This document shows, piece after piece, positions 26,674-35,342 of a DNA stretch of 64,000 nt (the first letter of the stretch is position 1; each line of letters opens with the position of its first letter). The DNA is from Hyphomicrobium sp. (GTDB lineage: Bacteria > Pseudomonadota > Alphaproteobacteria > Rhizobiales > Hyphomicrobiaceae), in assembly GCA_025458125.1 (NCBI GenBank), contig JALOTA010000027.1:1874-65873 (forward strand), given 5' to 3'. The notes beneath the pieces were generated by a model. The model made no database searches. It worked only from the letters and a program-made list of their open reading frames with translations, and had not been told where the DNA came from. A program made the translations under genes and the position numbers.

Positions 26674-28542
26674 TTACTCGGCCGCCTCCTTACCGAACTG
26701 GAGCGCCGCGAGACGGCCATAGAGGCCGCCCTTGCCAACGAGTTCGGCGTGGGTACCGCTCTCGACCACGCGGCCTTCGTCCATAACCAGGATACGGTCG
26801 GCCTGCTGCACGGTTGCAAGGCGATGGGCGATCACGAGCGTGGTGCGATTGCGCATGACGACTTCCAGCGCTTGCTGAACCGCGCGTTCGTTTTCCGCGT
26901 CCAATGCGCTCGTGGCCTCGTCGAGAAGCAGGACCGGTGCATTCTTGAGGATGGCGCGCGCAATCGCGAGCCGCTGGCGCTGGCCGCCGGAGAGCGAGAC
27001 ACCGCGTTCGCCAAGACGGGTGTCGTAGCCTTCGGGGAGTGCCCGAATGAAGGCATCAGCCTGCGCGGCCACGGCAGCCTTGCGGACGTCATCGGCCGAC
27101 GCATCGGGACTTCCGTACCTGATGTTTTCCAGGACCGTATCGGCAAAGATGGCGACATCCTGAGGTACGAGAGAAATGCGGCGGCGCAATTCGTCAAGAT
27201 CAGCGGACGACACGTCCACGCCATCGAGGAGCACGCGGCCTTTGCCCGGATCATAGAATCGAAGCAGCAGATTGAAGATCGTCGTTTTGCCGGCACCCGA
27301 AGGTCCCACGAGCGCGACGGTTTCGCCCGGCTTTACGTGCAAAGTGAAATCGCGCAGCGCAGAGACGCCGGGGCGCGAGGCGTAGGCAAACGTCACGTTC
27401 TCGAAATCGATGGCGCCCTTTGCCGGGACAGGCAGCGGCACCGGATGATCCGGCGACTTGATCTCCGGCACCACGGCGAGGATTTCCGTCAACCTTTCGG
27501 CTGCGCCCGAGGCCTGGCTGATCTCGCCCCAGACTTCGGCCAACTCGCCAAGCGCGCCAGCTGCAAACAGAGCATAGATGATGAACTGGCTGAGTTGCCC
27601 CCCCGTCATTTCTCCGGAGATGACCGCCGAGGCACCATACCAAAGCACGGCAACGATACTGGCAACGGTCAGGAAGACCGTCAACGCAGTCAGCCCGGCG
27701 CGGGCTTTCATACGATCGCGGGCGGCATCGAAGGAGCGCTGCACGGCGTCATCGAAACGCCCGGACACAGCCTTCTCGTGTGCAAACGATTGCATGGTGC
27801 GGACGGCGGAAAGGTTTTCAGCCGCGTAGGCCGACGCTTCGGCAAGTGTATCCTGAGCCTTGCGCGACAGGTTCTTGACCGCTCGCCCGTAGGCCATGAG
27901 TGGAAGCACGATGACGGGGATCGCAACGAGCGTCAGAAACGATAGATGCGCACTGGTCACAAACATCATCACGAACGCGCCGATGAGCATGATGATGTTG
28001 CGCAGGGCCTGGGAAATCGTATGACCCGCGACAGCCTTGATCTGCGTCGTGTCAGCCGTGAGGCGGCTCATAACCTCGCCGGAGTGGGTCTTCTCGAAGA
28101 ATGCGGGGCCAAGCCGGGACAGGTGCGCGAAGACATCCTGGCGAAGATCGGCGACCACGCGCTCGCCCAACCAGCTCACACAATAAAACCGCGCGGCGAT
28201 CGAGACCGCCAGAACCGCACCGATCAGAGCCAGCATGGCGAAGTACTGATCGATGAACCCTGCGTTATCGGCTGAAAACCCGTGGTCGATCATTCTGCGC
28301 ACGGCGAGCGGGACCGACAGCATCGTGACGGCCGACAGCACGAGCGCGAGAAGCCCGAAGGCAAGCATCCCCTTGTGCTTCATCAGGTAGGGCTTCAAGG
28401 CCATCAACGGACGCAGAGACCGCAAGCGACTGGCGTCGGGGGCCTTGTCAGTGACGGCGTCTGCCGTTCCCTGGCCGGAACCATGCGCCGCGAGACTGAC
28501 AACGGCTGCCGAGTTTTCTGCTGACTTGCCGGATCCTGACAT
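26674..28542 (-). CDS. ABC exporter, fused permease/ATPase (ABCB/MsbA-like)
   Basis: Six-TM ABC membrane domain plus an NBD with Walker A GPSGAGKTT, signature LSGGQRQRLAIARA and Walker B LLLDEATSALD. I prefer the start MSGSGKSAE (ATG 28542, AGGGAAG upstream). The track start at 28659 would place a 17-bp tandem duplication inside the coding sequence. Confidence 0.9.
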   Translation of the reverse strand: MSGSGKSAENSAAVVSLAAHGSGQGTADAVTDKAPDASRLRSLRPLMALKPYLMKHKGMLAFGLLALVLSAVTMLSVPLAVRRMIDHGFSADNAGFIDQYFAMLALIGAVLAVSIAARFYCVSWLGERVVADLRQDVFAHLSRLGPAFFEKTHSGEVMSRLTADTTQIKAVAGHTISQALRNIIMLIGAFVMMFVTSAHLSFLTLVAIPVIVLPLMAYGRAVKNLSRKAQDTLAEASAYAAENLSAVRTMQSFAHEKAVSGRFDDAVQRSFDAARDRMKARAGLTALTVFLTVASIVAVLWYGASAVISGEMTGGQLSQFIIYALFAAGALGELAEVWGEISQASGAAERLTEILAVVPEIKSPDHPVPLPVPAKGAIDFENVTFAYASRPGVSALRDFTLHVKPGETVALVGPSGAGKTTIFNLLLRFYDPGKGRVLLDGVDVSSADLDELRRRISLVPQDVAIFADTVLENIRYGSPDASADDVRKAAVAAQADAFIRALPEGYDTRLGERGVSLSGGQRQRLAIARAILKNAPVLLLDEATSALDAENERAVQQALEVVMRNRTTLVIAHRLATVQQADRILVMDEGRVVESGTHAELVGKGGLYGRLAALQFGKEAAE

Positions 28543-28564
28543 TTCTTCCCTAGCGGTGTTCTCT

Positions 28565-28598
28565 AACCGGTCGTTCTGGTGAACCGGTCGTTCTGGTG
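28565..28598. repeat. perfect 17-bp tandem duplication (AACCGGTCGTTCTGGTG x2)
   Basis: Read directly: 28565..28581 equals 28582..28598. It lies in the leader/promoter region of the ABC exporter. Confidence 0.9.
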
Positions 28599-28660
28599 TG
28601 GCGCCGGGCTGGAACGCCCAGCCTTCGCTCTTCATATATGCCCCTGATCGGGATTGCATG

Positions 28661-28683
28661 GTTCTGACCGGTCGCGTCAGAAC
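28661..28683. promoter_or_regulatory. perfect 8-bp-arm inverted repeat GTTCTGAC-N7-GTCAGAAC (possible operator in a divergent promoter region)
   Basis: Read directly. It lies between the divergent ABC exporter and rpmE. No cognate regulator is identified. Confidence 0.3.
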
Positions 28684-28746
28684 GTAGCAGGAACAGACCA
28701 GCCTTCAATTCGCTTCCGCAGTCAGGGCCGGCCGCTTATTCGGCTT

Positions 28747-28775
28747 CTTGTGCACGTCGGCCAACTCGACTATAG
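28747..28775 (+). promoter_or_regulatory. sigma-70-type promoter candidate for rpmE
   Basis: CTTGTG-N17-CTATAG is close to the alphaproteobacterial CTTGAC-N17-CTATAT consensus. It lies about 85 nt upstream of the rpmE ATG. Confidence 0.35.
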
Positions 28776-28858
28776 AAGCGCCTTCCCGAATTCAAGGCTG
28801 GTCAAGGCTGCGGGTCATCCTGCACCGTCGCGGCCGTCATTTTACAGAGCGCCCTGTC

Positions 28859-29083
28859 ATGAAGAAAGAACCCGGCCTGCATCCCGACTACCACCAGATC
28901 AAGGTCAAGATGACCGATGGTACGGAATTCGTGACCTACTCGACCTACGGTAAGGAAGGCGACGAACTCCATCTGGATATCGATCCGACCACGCATCCGG
29001 CATGGACGGGCGGCGACACGAAGCTTATGGACCGCGCCGGCCGCGTCTCGCGTTTCAAGAAGAAGTTCGAAGGCATCTTCTAA
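28859..29083 (+). CDS. rpmE: 50S ribosomal protein L31
   Basis: The internal ATG at 28859 gives [70 protein letters not shown] (74 aa), the alphaproteobacterial L31 pattern. Confidence 0.92.
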   Translation: MKKEPGLHPDYHQIKVKMTDGTEFVTYSTYGKEGDELHLDIDPTTHPAWTGGDTKLMDRAGRVSRFKKKFEGIF

Positions 29084-29119
29084 CGGCGACACGCGCTGCA
29101 TAGGAGTCAAACGAGCAGA

Positions 29120-29150
29120 GGCCCGGGAAAAACCCGGGCCTTTCTTGTTT
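29120..29150 (+). terminator. Rho-independent terminator after rpmE
   Basis: GGCCCGGG-aaaaa-CCCGGGCC followed by TTTCTTGTTT. Confidence 0.7.
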
Positions 29151-29161
29151 GTGAGCCGTGC

Positions 29162-29725
29162 TCAGTTCACCTTGGTGAAGGCCAGCCGCAAGCGCGACAA
29201 CTGCGCGCCCACCGGGTTCGACGGCAAGAATGCCGTGAGTTCATCGCCCGGCGACAGCATCGCGAGATCGAGCTGCACGATGCGATCGTGAAGAGCGAAG
29301 CTTTCGTCGATCAGCTTCTGCAAGCCTTCGGGCAATTCAGAGAATCCCGCGATGTGGGACGGGCGGCCGAGGCTCTGAAGCTTCACGCGCGCGCGCTTCT
29401 TTTGAGCTTCTTCCGGCGTGATCTCCCCATCCTTCAACGCGCGGCGGATCAAGAGCCAGGACGCCAGATCGAGCAAGCGGGTCGTCAGTCGCATGCTCTC
29501 GGTGGTGTAGAGGACCGTCAACTGGCCGGTGAGAGATTTGGCGGCCACGCGGCCTTCGCCATCGAGATAAGCGGCCGTCCGTTCGACGAGGGCCATGCCT
29601 TCCTTGAAGACACGGTCGAACTGGCCCGAAGCCTGAAACCGTTCTCCAAATGACACCGTCACGCCGGGAGCGCGGGCATCGCGGTACTCGAAACTCGATT
29701 TATCTTTCATACTACGCTTTGACAC
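29162..29725 (-). CDS. rcdA: DUF1465-family protein, RcdA-like (regulator of CtrA degradation)
   Basis: 187 aa. FDRVFKEGMALVERTAAYLDGEGR......YTTESMRLTTRLLDLASWLLIRRALKDGEIT.EEA closely follows the Caulobacter RcdA core as I recall it. Confidence 0.72.
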   Translation of the reverse strand: MSKRSMKDKSSFEYRDARAPGVTVSFGERFQASGQFDRVFKEGMALVERTAAYLDGEGRVAAKSLTGQLTVLYTTESMRLTTRLLDLASWLLIRRALKDGEITPEEAQKKRARVKLQSLGRPSHIAGFSELPEGLQKLIDESFALHDRIVQLDLAMLSPGDELTAFLPSNPVGAQLSRLRLAFTKVN

Positions 29726-29849
29726 GAACGCTTACTCTCTCGTTACCATAACACCGGCTCAGCCTAGCTGGCCAGAGTTAACAACTAGATGCTAAACGCG
29801 GCAAAACGGGACTCATTCCAGATCCGCCCCAACTCACCTGTGGATGAAG

Positions 29850-29880
29850 CAAAAAATGAGCCGCCCGATGGGGGCGGCTC
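29850..29880 (-). terminator. strong Rho-independent terminator lying 125 nt beyond the DUF1192 stop
   Basis: The minus strand reads GAGCCGCCC-ccatc-GGGCGGCTC followed by ATTTTTT. A weaker hairpin plus T-rich tail (29964..29994) sits directly after the DUF1192 stop. Confidence 0.65.
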
Positions 29881-30004
29881 AAGGATTCGGCAGAGAGGCG
29901 TTTCGGAGTGGTAGACCACTCGGGTCCAGATGTCTGGAAGCCCCGACGCTAGTCCCAAACGGGTAAACAAATCGCTTCCCGCCGTGCGGGAAAGACGCGC
30001 CCGA

Positions 30005-30202
30005 TCAAGTTTTGCCCGTGAAAAGTTCGGCAGCGGCCGCCTCGTGCGCTTTCTTGCGGTCCAGTTCGGCCTTCAGCCGGTCGATTTCGCCCGAGAGCGA
30101 TTTCAAACGCTGCTCCAGTTCATCCTTCGAAAGCGTCTCTATCGGCTCCCCGACCGTGTGGCCGTCGCTCTTCGGCTTCGCGGGTGTTTCATCCTGGTCC
30201 AT
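30005..30202 (-). CDS. DUF1192-family small coiled-coil protein
   Basis: 65 aa, MDQDETPAKPK....LSKDELEQRLKSLSGEIDRLKAELDRKKAHEAAAAELF. This is the typical DUF1192 pattern, and the gene is commonly adjacent to DUF1465 genes. Confidence 0.7.
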   Translation of the reverse strand: MDQDETPAKPKSDGHTVGEPIETLSKDELEQRLKSLSGEIDRLKAELDRKKAHEAAAAELFTGKT

Positions 30203-30295
30203 CCTGCCCTCCCTTCGATGCAGTTGATTGTCCTATTGCCCCGGAACATGCCACGCCCTACTCAATCGGACAATCGAGGCCGCAGCGAGTTGAAC

Positions 30296-31297
30296 ATGCC
30301 TTCCATTCCCGAAACCATGACAGTCGTTGCGATCGACGGCAAAGGCGGCCCCGACGTGCTGCGAGCGCGATCGCAGGCCGTACCCGTCGCCGGGGCGACG
30401 CAGGTTCTGGTCAAGGTCGACGCAGCGGGCGTGAACCGGCCCGACGTCCTGCAGCGGATGGGGCTCTATCCCGCTCCCAAAGGACACAACGAACTTCCCG
30501 GCCTGGAAATCGCCGGCACCGTCGTTGCCGTCGGCAGCGACGTGACGCGCTTCGAGGCCGGCCAGCGCGTGATGGCCCTCGTCAACGGCGGAGGCTACGC
30601 GGAATACTGCGTGGCCGACGAAGGCACCACGCTGCACGTACCGGAGGGACTGTCGATCATCGAGGCGGCGGGTCTTCCCGAGACCTTCTTCACCGTCTGG
30701 CACAATGTGTTCGAGCGCGGACAGCTCAAGGCGGATGAATGGCTGCTTGTCCACGGCGGCACTTCAGGTATCGGCGTGACGGCGATCCAGCTCGCCAAGG
30801 CGTTCGGCGCGCGCGTCATCACGACAACGGGTTCGGACGCCAAATGCGAAGCCGCGCGCAAGCTCGGCGCCGACAGGGCGGTGAATTACCGGACGGAAGA
30901 TTTTCTTGACGCGGTCAAGGCCGAGACCGGTGGCCGGGGCGTCGATGTCATTCTCGACATGGTCGGAGGAGACTATATCGAAAAGAACATCCGTGCGCTC
31001 GCCGACGACGGACGGCTCGTCTACATCGGGTTCCAGTCGGGATCCAAGGCCGAAATCGACTTCATGCGTGTGATGCTGAAGCGCCTTACGATCACCGGTT
31101 CGACGCTCCGCATAAGGCCGGCCGACGTCAAAGCGCACATTGCGCGCAAGGTCGAGGCCGAAATCCTCCCGCTGCTGGCGGCCGGCGACGTGAAAGTCCC
31201 GATCGACAGCACATTCCCTCTTGCCCGGGCCGCCGATGCCCACCGGCGCATCGAGGAAGGCACCCACATCGGCAAAATCATTCTGACAACCGGCTGA
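30296..31297 (+). CDS. NAD(P)H:quinone oxidoreductase (MDR superfamily, PIG3/Qor type)
   Basis: Start at MPSIPETMTVVAIDG (ATG 30296). Motifs VLVKVDAAGVNRPD, PGLEIAGTVVAVG and LVHGGTSGIGVTAIQLAKAFGA. The track's start at 29930 is an over-extension. Confidence 0.88.
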   Translation: MPSIPETMTVVAIDGKGGPDVLRARSQAVPVAGATQVLVKVDAAGVNRPDVLQRMGLYPAPKGHNELPGLEIAGTVVAVGSDVTRFEAGQRVMALVNGGGYAEYCVADEGTTLHVPEGLSIIEAAGLPETFFTVWHNVFERGQLKADEWLLVHGGTSGIGVTAIQLAKAFGARVITTTGSDAKCEAARKLGADRAVNYRTEDFLDAVKAETGGRGVDVILDMVGGDYIEKNIRALADDGRLVYIGFQSGSKAEIDFMRVMLKRLTITGSTLRIRPADVKAHIARKVEAEILPLLAAGDVKVPIDSTFPLARAADAHRRIEEGTHIGKIILTTG

Positions 31298-31337
31298 GCC
31301 CGAACCGCGCGGCGGCTGTTCCTCGATCCAAACAAAA

Positions 31338-31379
31338 AGAGCCGGAGCAGCGGCTGCTCCGGCTCTTTCTCATTTTTTC
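31338..31379 (+). terminator. Rho-independent terminator after the quinone oxidoreductase gene
   Basis: AGAGCCGGAGCAG-cgg-CTGCTCCGGCTCT followed by TTCTCATTTTTT. Confidence 0.75.
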
Positions 31380-31713
31380 ATGATTGGCCCGCTCGAGGAG
31401 GTTGCTCAGACCGCCGGGAACAGGCTGAAAACGCCAGTGATTTGATACAAGATCGAATGGCGGCGCGGTTGCGCGCCATCCTTCCCGCACCCCATGTCTT
31501 CTCCTTTCCTTGGAGTGCAAGACACGCGGCACACCCGTTCCGTCTATCTGCGTCGCCAGACCCTGTCACGCGTCCGTCAGATGCGGGCGCCTTGCGGGCG
31601 CGGCGCGGTGCCCGTAAGACACTGCGAACGGTGCGAACAGCCGCTTGGGTTGCATTTGCTACGCCCCTGAACCGGCTTTTCCTCAGCCCTTGGATCCCGG
31701 CTTAGCGGCAGTC

Positions 31714-32820
31714 ATGTCACACAACACGTTCGGTCATCTCTTCCGCGTTACGACCTGGGGCGAAAGCCACGGGCCTGCCATCGGCTGCGTGGTGGACGGA
31801 TGCCCGCCCGGACTTGCGATCACCGCGGAGGCGATCCAGGCATTTCTCGACAAGAGGCGGCCGGGCCAATCCCGCTTCGTGACACAACGTCAGGAACCCG
31901 ACGCGGTTGAAATTCTTTCGGGGGTTTTTGCCGACGCGGACGGCAAACCGGTTTCGACGGGCGCTCCCATATCGCTCCTCATCCGCAACGTTGATCAGCG
32001 CTCGAAAGACTACGGCGACATCGCGCAGAAATTCCGGCCGGGGCACGCCGACTACACCTATCAGGCGAAGTATGGCATCCGCGATTATCGTGGCGGCGGT
32101 CGCTCGTCCGCGCGCGAAACGGCCTGCCGGGTCGCGGCGGGCGGCATCGCGCGGCAGGTTCTGGGGTCCGGCATCATCGTTCGCGGTGCGCTCGTCCAGA
32201 TGGGCAAGGTGAAGATCGACAGGTCGCGCTGGAATTGGGACGAGGTCGACAACAACCCGTTCTTCTGTCCCGATCCCGTGGTCGCGAAAGAATGGGAAAA
32301 CTACCTCGACGGCATACGTAAGGCCGGCTCCTCGATCGGCGCCGTCGTGGAAGTCGTGGCCGAAGGCGTCCCGGCCGGGTGGGGCGCGCCTTTGTATGGC
32401 AAGCTCGACCAGGACATTGCCTCCGCGATGATGTCCATCAACGCCGTCAAGGCGGTCGAGATCGGTGCGGGCATGGCGGCCGCGGAACTGACGGGCGAGG
32501 AGAACGCCGACGAGATGCGGCCCAACGCCATTCCACATGGCCGGCATCACGGACCGGGCTTCATGTCGAACAACGCGGGCGGAATTCTTGGCGGTATCTC
32601 GACCGGACAGGCGATCGTCTGCCGCTTTGCGGTGAAACCCACGTCGTCGATCCTGACGCCGCGCCGCACGGTCACGGTTGGCGGCGAGGCGACCGAGATC
32701 CTCACCAAGGGCCGTCACGATCCGTGCGTCGGTATTCGCGCGGTTCCCGTCGGAGAGGCGATGCTGGCCTGCGTCCTCGCCGACCACATGCTGCGCCATC
32801 GCGGCCAATGTGGAGCCTAG
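31714..32820 (+). CDS. aroC: chorismate synthase
   Basis: Start at [33 protein letters not shown] (ATG 31714). Motifs GRSSARETA and KGRHDPCVG. Confidence 0.95.
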   Translation: MSHNTFGHLFRVTTWGESHGPAIGCVVDGCPPGLAITAEAIQAFLDKRRPGQSRFVTQRQEPDAVEILSGVFADADGKPVSTGAPISLLIRNVDQRSKDYGDIAQKFRPGHADYTYQAKYGIRDYRGGGRSSARETACRVAAGGIARQVLGSGIIVRGALVQMGKVKIDRSRWNWDEVDNNPFFCPDPVVAKEWENYLDGIRKAGSSIGAVVEVVAEGVPAGWGAPLYGKLDQDIASAMMSINAVKAVEIGAGMAAAELTGEENADEMRPNAIPHGRHHGPGFMSNNAGGILGGISTGQAIVCRFAVKPTSSILTPRRTVTVGGEATEILTKGRHDPCVGIRAVPVGEAMLACVLADHMLRHRGQCGA

Positions 32821-32851
32821 CCGCGCTCCCGGTGGCAACTCGGAGATCGAA

Positions 32852-34588
32852 ATGCGTGCGCGTCTGACGCGAAGCTTTCTCTATTCGCTGGTTCTCGCCG
32901 CCACGTGCTGTTCGGCTGCCCATGCCTTCGACGTGGACGAAGACCGCCTGAAAGCCGCGGCCGGCGAGCCTGCCAACTGGATCACCCACGGGCGCGATCT
33001 GGCGGCGACGCGGTTTTCGCCATTGCAGGACATAACGGCTGACAACGTCAAGCGCCTGCGTCCCGCCTTCATCTATCAGACCGGCACTGCCGCAACGTTC
33101 CAGACCACGCCGCTCGTGGCCGACGGGATCATGTACCTGTCCGCGCCGTTCTCGCACGTGATGGCCGTCGATGCTGCCACCGGCCGCGAGATCTGGCGCT
33201 ACGAGCACAAGAGCCGCGCGAAAAAGCTCTGTTGCGGTCCAGCCAACCGCGGCGTCGCGCTCGGCTACGGCAAGGTCTATGTCGCGACGGTCGACGCGCG
33301 GCTGGTAGCGCTCGACCAGAAAACCGGGGCGATGGTCTGGGACATCCAGATGGCCGAAACGGGTGCTGATACGACGGAAGACAAAGCGGCGCTCGATGCA
33401 ACCGATCCCGCACTGAAAGGACAGGTGACGGGTTCGACCGGGGTTGGCGCGGCGGCGGCGCCGCTCGTTGTGGACGGCAAGGTGATCGCGGGTATCACGG
33501 GTGTCGGGTACGGCCTGCATCTGGACAGCGACCGTCCAGGCGCACCGCTCGGCACCGTCGTCGGCGTGGCGGGACGTTACGGACGGCCCGGTTTCATCGC
33601 GGCCTTCGATGCCGAGACCGGGCGCCGGATCTGGCAGTTCGATACGACGCAGGAAGGCTGGGAAGGCGACTTCGTCGAAAAGACCGCATATGGCGCGCCC
33701 CTGCCGCGCGATATCGCGGCGGAGAAGGCCGCAGCCCTGCAACACGCGGACGCCTGGAAGTATGGCGGAGGCTCGATCTGGCATTCGCCGAGCGTCGATC
33801 TCGATCTCGGCCTGCTCTATTTCGGTGTCGGCAATCCTTCGCCGCAAGCCGCAGGCGAAAGCCGGCCGGGCGACAATCTGTGGACCAGTTCCCTCGTCGC
33901 GCTCGATCTGACGACCGGTGCCTATCGTTGGCACTACCAGCAGGTGCCGCATGACCTGTGGGGATACGACGTGGCAAGTCCGCCCGTACTCTTCGACTTT
34001 GAAAAAGACGGCAAGACCATTCCCGCGATCGGCCACGCATCGAAGCTCGGCTGGTACTTCGTCCACGACCGGCGCGACGGGCGGCTCATCGTGAAATCGG
34101 AGCCGTTCGTTCCGCAGGACAACATGTTCAAGGCGCCGACCCGGGAGGGCATCGTGATCTATCCCGGCGTCGCAGGGGGCGCGAACTGGTCACCGGCGGC
34201 GGTCGATGCGGCCTCCGGCGTTGCCTTCGTCGCCGCCATGCATATGCCGACCCGCTATCAGAGCGCGGAATTGCCGGCGACCGGCGGCACTCCGCCCGTC
34301 ACATATTACACGCGGTGGCAACAGAAGACGGCAGAGCCGCTCATCGGCGGGACGCTGGCAACCGCCGGCGGGCTCGTCTTTACGGGAGAAGGAAACGGCG
34401 ACCTTTCCGCCTTCGACGCAGTGACCGGCGCGCGGCTGTGGCAGTTCAACTGCGGCGCGGGCGTGAATGCGCCGCCGATCACGTACTCGGTCGGCGGCCG
34501 GCAATACGTGGCGGTCGCAGCGGGCGGCAGCCAGATCTGGGGCTTCCGTCAGGGCGGCGCCGTGGTCGTCTTCGCGTTAACCGACTGA
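32852..34588 (+). CDS. PQQ-dependent dehydrogenase, methanol/ethanol (quinoprotein alcohol dehydrogenase) family
   Basis: ATG 32852 follows GGAG. A signal peptide is followed by NWITHGRDLAATRFSPL, the vicinal-Cys motif KLCCGPANRGVA and repeated beta-propeller W motifs. Confidence 0.85.
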   Translation: MRARLTRSFLYSLVLAATCCSAAHAFDVDEDRLKAAAGEPANWITHGRDLAATRFSPLQDITADNVKRLRPAFIYQTGTAATFQTTPLVADGIMYLSAPFSHVMAVDAATGREIWRYEHKSRAKKLCCGPANRGVALGYGKVYVATVDARLVALDQKTGAMVWDIQMAETGADTTEDKAALDATDPALKGQVTGSTGVGAAAAPLVVDGKVIAGITGVGYGLHLDSDRPGAPLGTVVGVAGRYGRPGFIAAFDAETGRRIWQFDTTQEGWEGDFVEKTAYGAPLPRDIAAEKAAALQHADAWKYGGGSIWHSPSVDLDLGLLYFGVGNPSPQAAGESRPGDNLWTSSLVALDLTTGAYRWHYQQVPHDLWGYDVASPPVLFDFEKDGKTIPAIGHASKLGWYFVHDRRDGRLIVKSEPFVPQDNMFKAPTREGIVIYPGVAGGANWSPAAVDAASGVAFVAAMHMPTRYQSAELPATGGTPPVTYYTRWQQKTAEPLIGGTLATAGGLVFTGEGNGDLSAFDAVTGARLWQFNCGAGVNAPPITYSVGGRQYVAVAAGGSQIWGFRQGGAVVVFALTD

Positions 34589-35248
34589 ACGGTCGAGCAG
34601 GAGATCGGCAAAGACGAAGCCGTCTCTCGTAACGATTTCGCCGGCACGGATGGGGAGCGCGTGGCTGAACATCGGTCCGGCGACGACACACGTGTGGAAC
34701 TCGCCATTCTCACCGCAGGGATCGACCCCCGGCGGCAGGCCGGCAATGAAACTGCGATCGAACCGGCGGCCGGCGAAGCTCGCATCGAGTTTGTTGGGAT
34801 TGACGGTCGCCACATAGGTGACGAGGCCGCCCTCTATCATCTCTTCGCCCAATTCGCGTGTCGGCTTTCCCCAGAGCGGAAACAGGGGCGTCAAGCCGCT
34901 GCCAGTGAGCTTCTGCTCCCGGTAGGCACGGATGTCCTCAAGATAGAGATCGCCGAAAGCGATGGCGCTCACGCCGCTTTCGGCCTGCTCGCGAACATAG
35001 TCTCCCATCAGGCGCTCATAATCGCCGTTCGAACAGGGCCAGGGAAGACGGACGACGTGCAGCGGGAGACCGGCGGCTTCGGCCTGGGCTTCCAGGATGT
35101 CCCGGCGCACGCCGTGCATCGCGACGCGATCGAAGGCATCGTTCACCGTGGTCAGGAGGGCTACGACTTCGATCGTGGGATCCGACCGCAGATAATGCAG
35201 GGTCCAGGCGCTGTCCTTGCCGCTCGACCAGCTGAGAATGGTTTTCAT
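34577..35248 (-). CDS. PP-loop adenine-nucleotide alpha-hydrolase (Dph6/MJ0570-related ATP pyrophosphatase family)
   Basis: 223 aa with N-terminal ILSWSSGKDSAW (SGGKDS-type PP-loop) and GENGEFHT near the C-terminus. It overlaps the convergent PQQ-dehydrogenase gene by 12 bp. Confidence 0.75.
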   Translation of the reverse strand: MKTILSWSSGKDSAWTLHYLRSDPTIEVVALLTTVNDAFDRVAMHGVRRDILEAQAEAAGLPLHVVRLPWPCSNGDYERLMGDYVREQAESGVSAIAFGDLYLEDIRAYREQKLTGSGLTPLFPLWGKPTRELGEEMIEGGLVTYVATVNPNKLDASFAGRRFDRSFIAGLPPGVDPCGENGEFHTCVVAGPMFSHALPIRAGEIVTRDGFVFADLLLDRSVG

Positions 35249-35342
35249 GGTGTCTCACGGGGCTCGCCGGCCTCTCGCCAGAGACCGTCGGAGTGTCGTA
35301 GCGTAGGAGCGGGGAAACGCAAACACATCGGGGCCAGAGGGA

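Noticed and set aside
29850-29994. Possibility that the structured region downstream of DUF1192 is a known housekeeping RNA (SRP/4.5S, 6S, tmRNA, RNase P).
   Set aside because: I could not find the conserved SRP domain IV motif (GGAAGCAGCC-like), the 6S central-bubble architecture, or other hallmark sequences. It is left as an unclassified 3' UTR or sRNA candidate.
31380-31713. Non-coding stretch of about 330 nt upstream of aroC as a riboswitch or sRNA. It contains a GC hairpin at about 31457..31483 and a CU-rich CUUCUCCUUUCCUUGGAG segment.
   Set aside because: I recognise no riboswitch core, and there is no terminator or clear promoter. The ORFs here (31278..31532, 31378..31569, 31442..31705) look spurious. 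It is noted as unexplained but unsupported.
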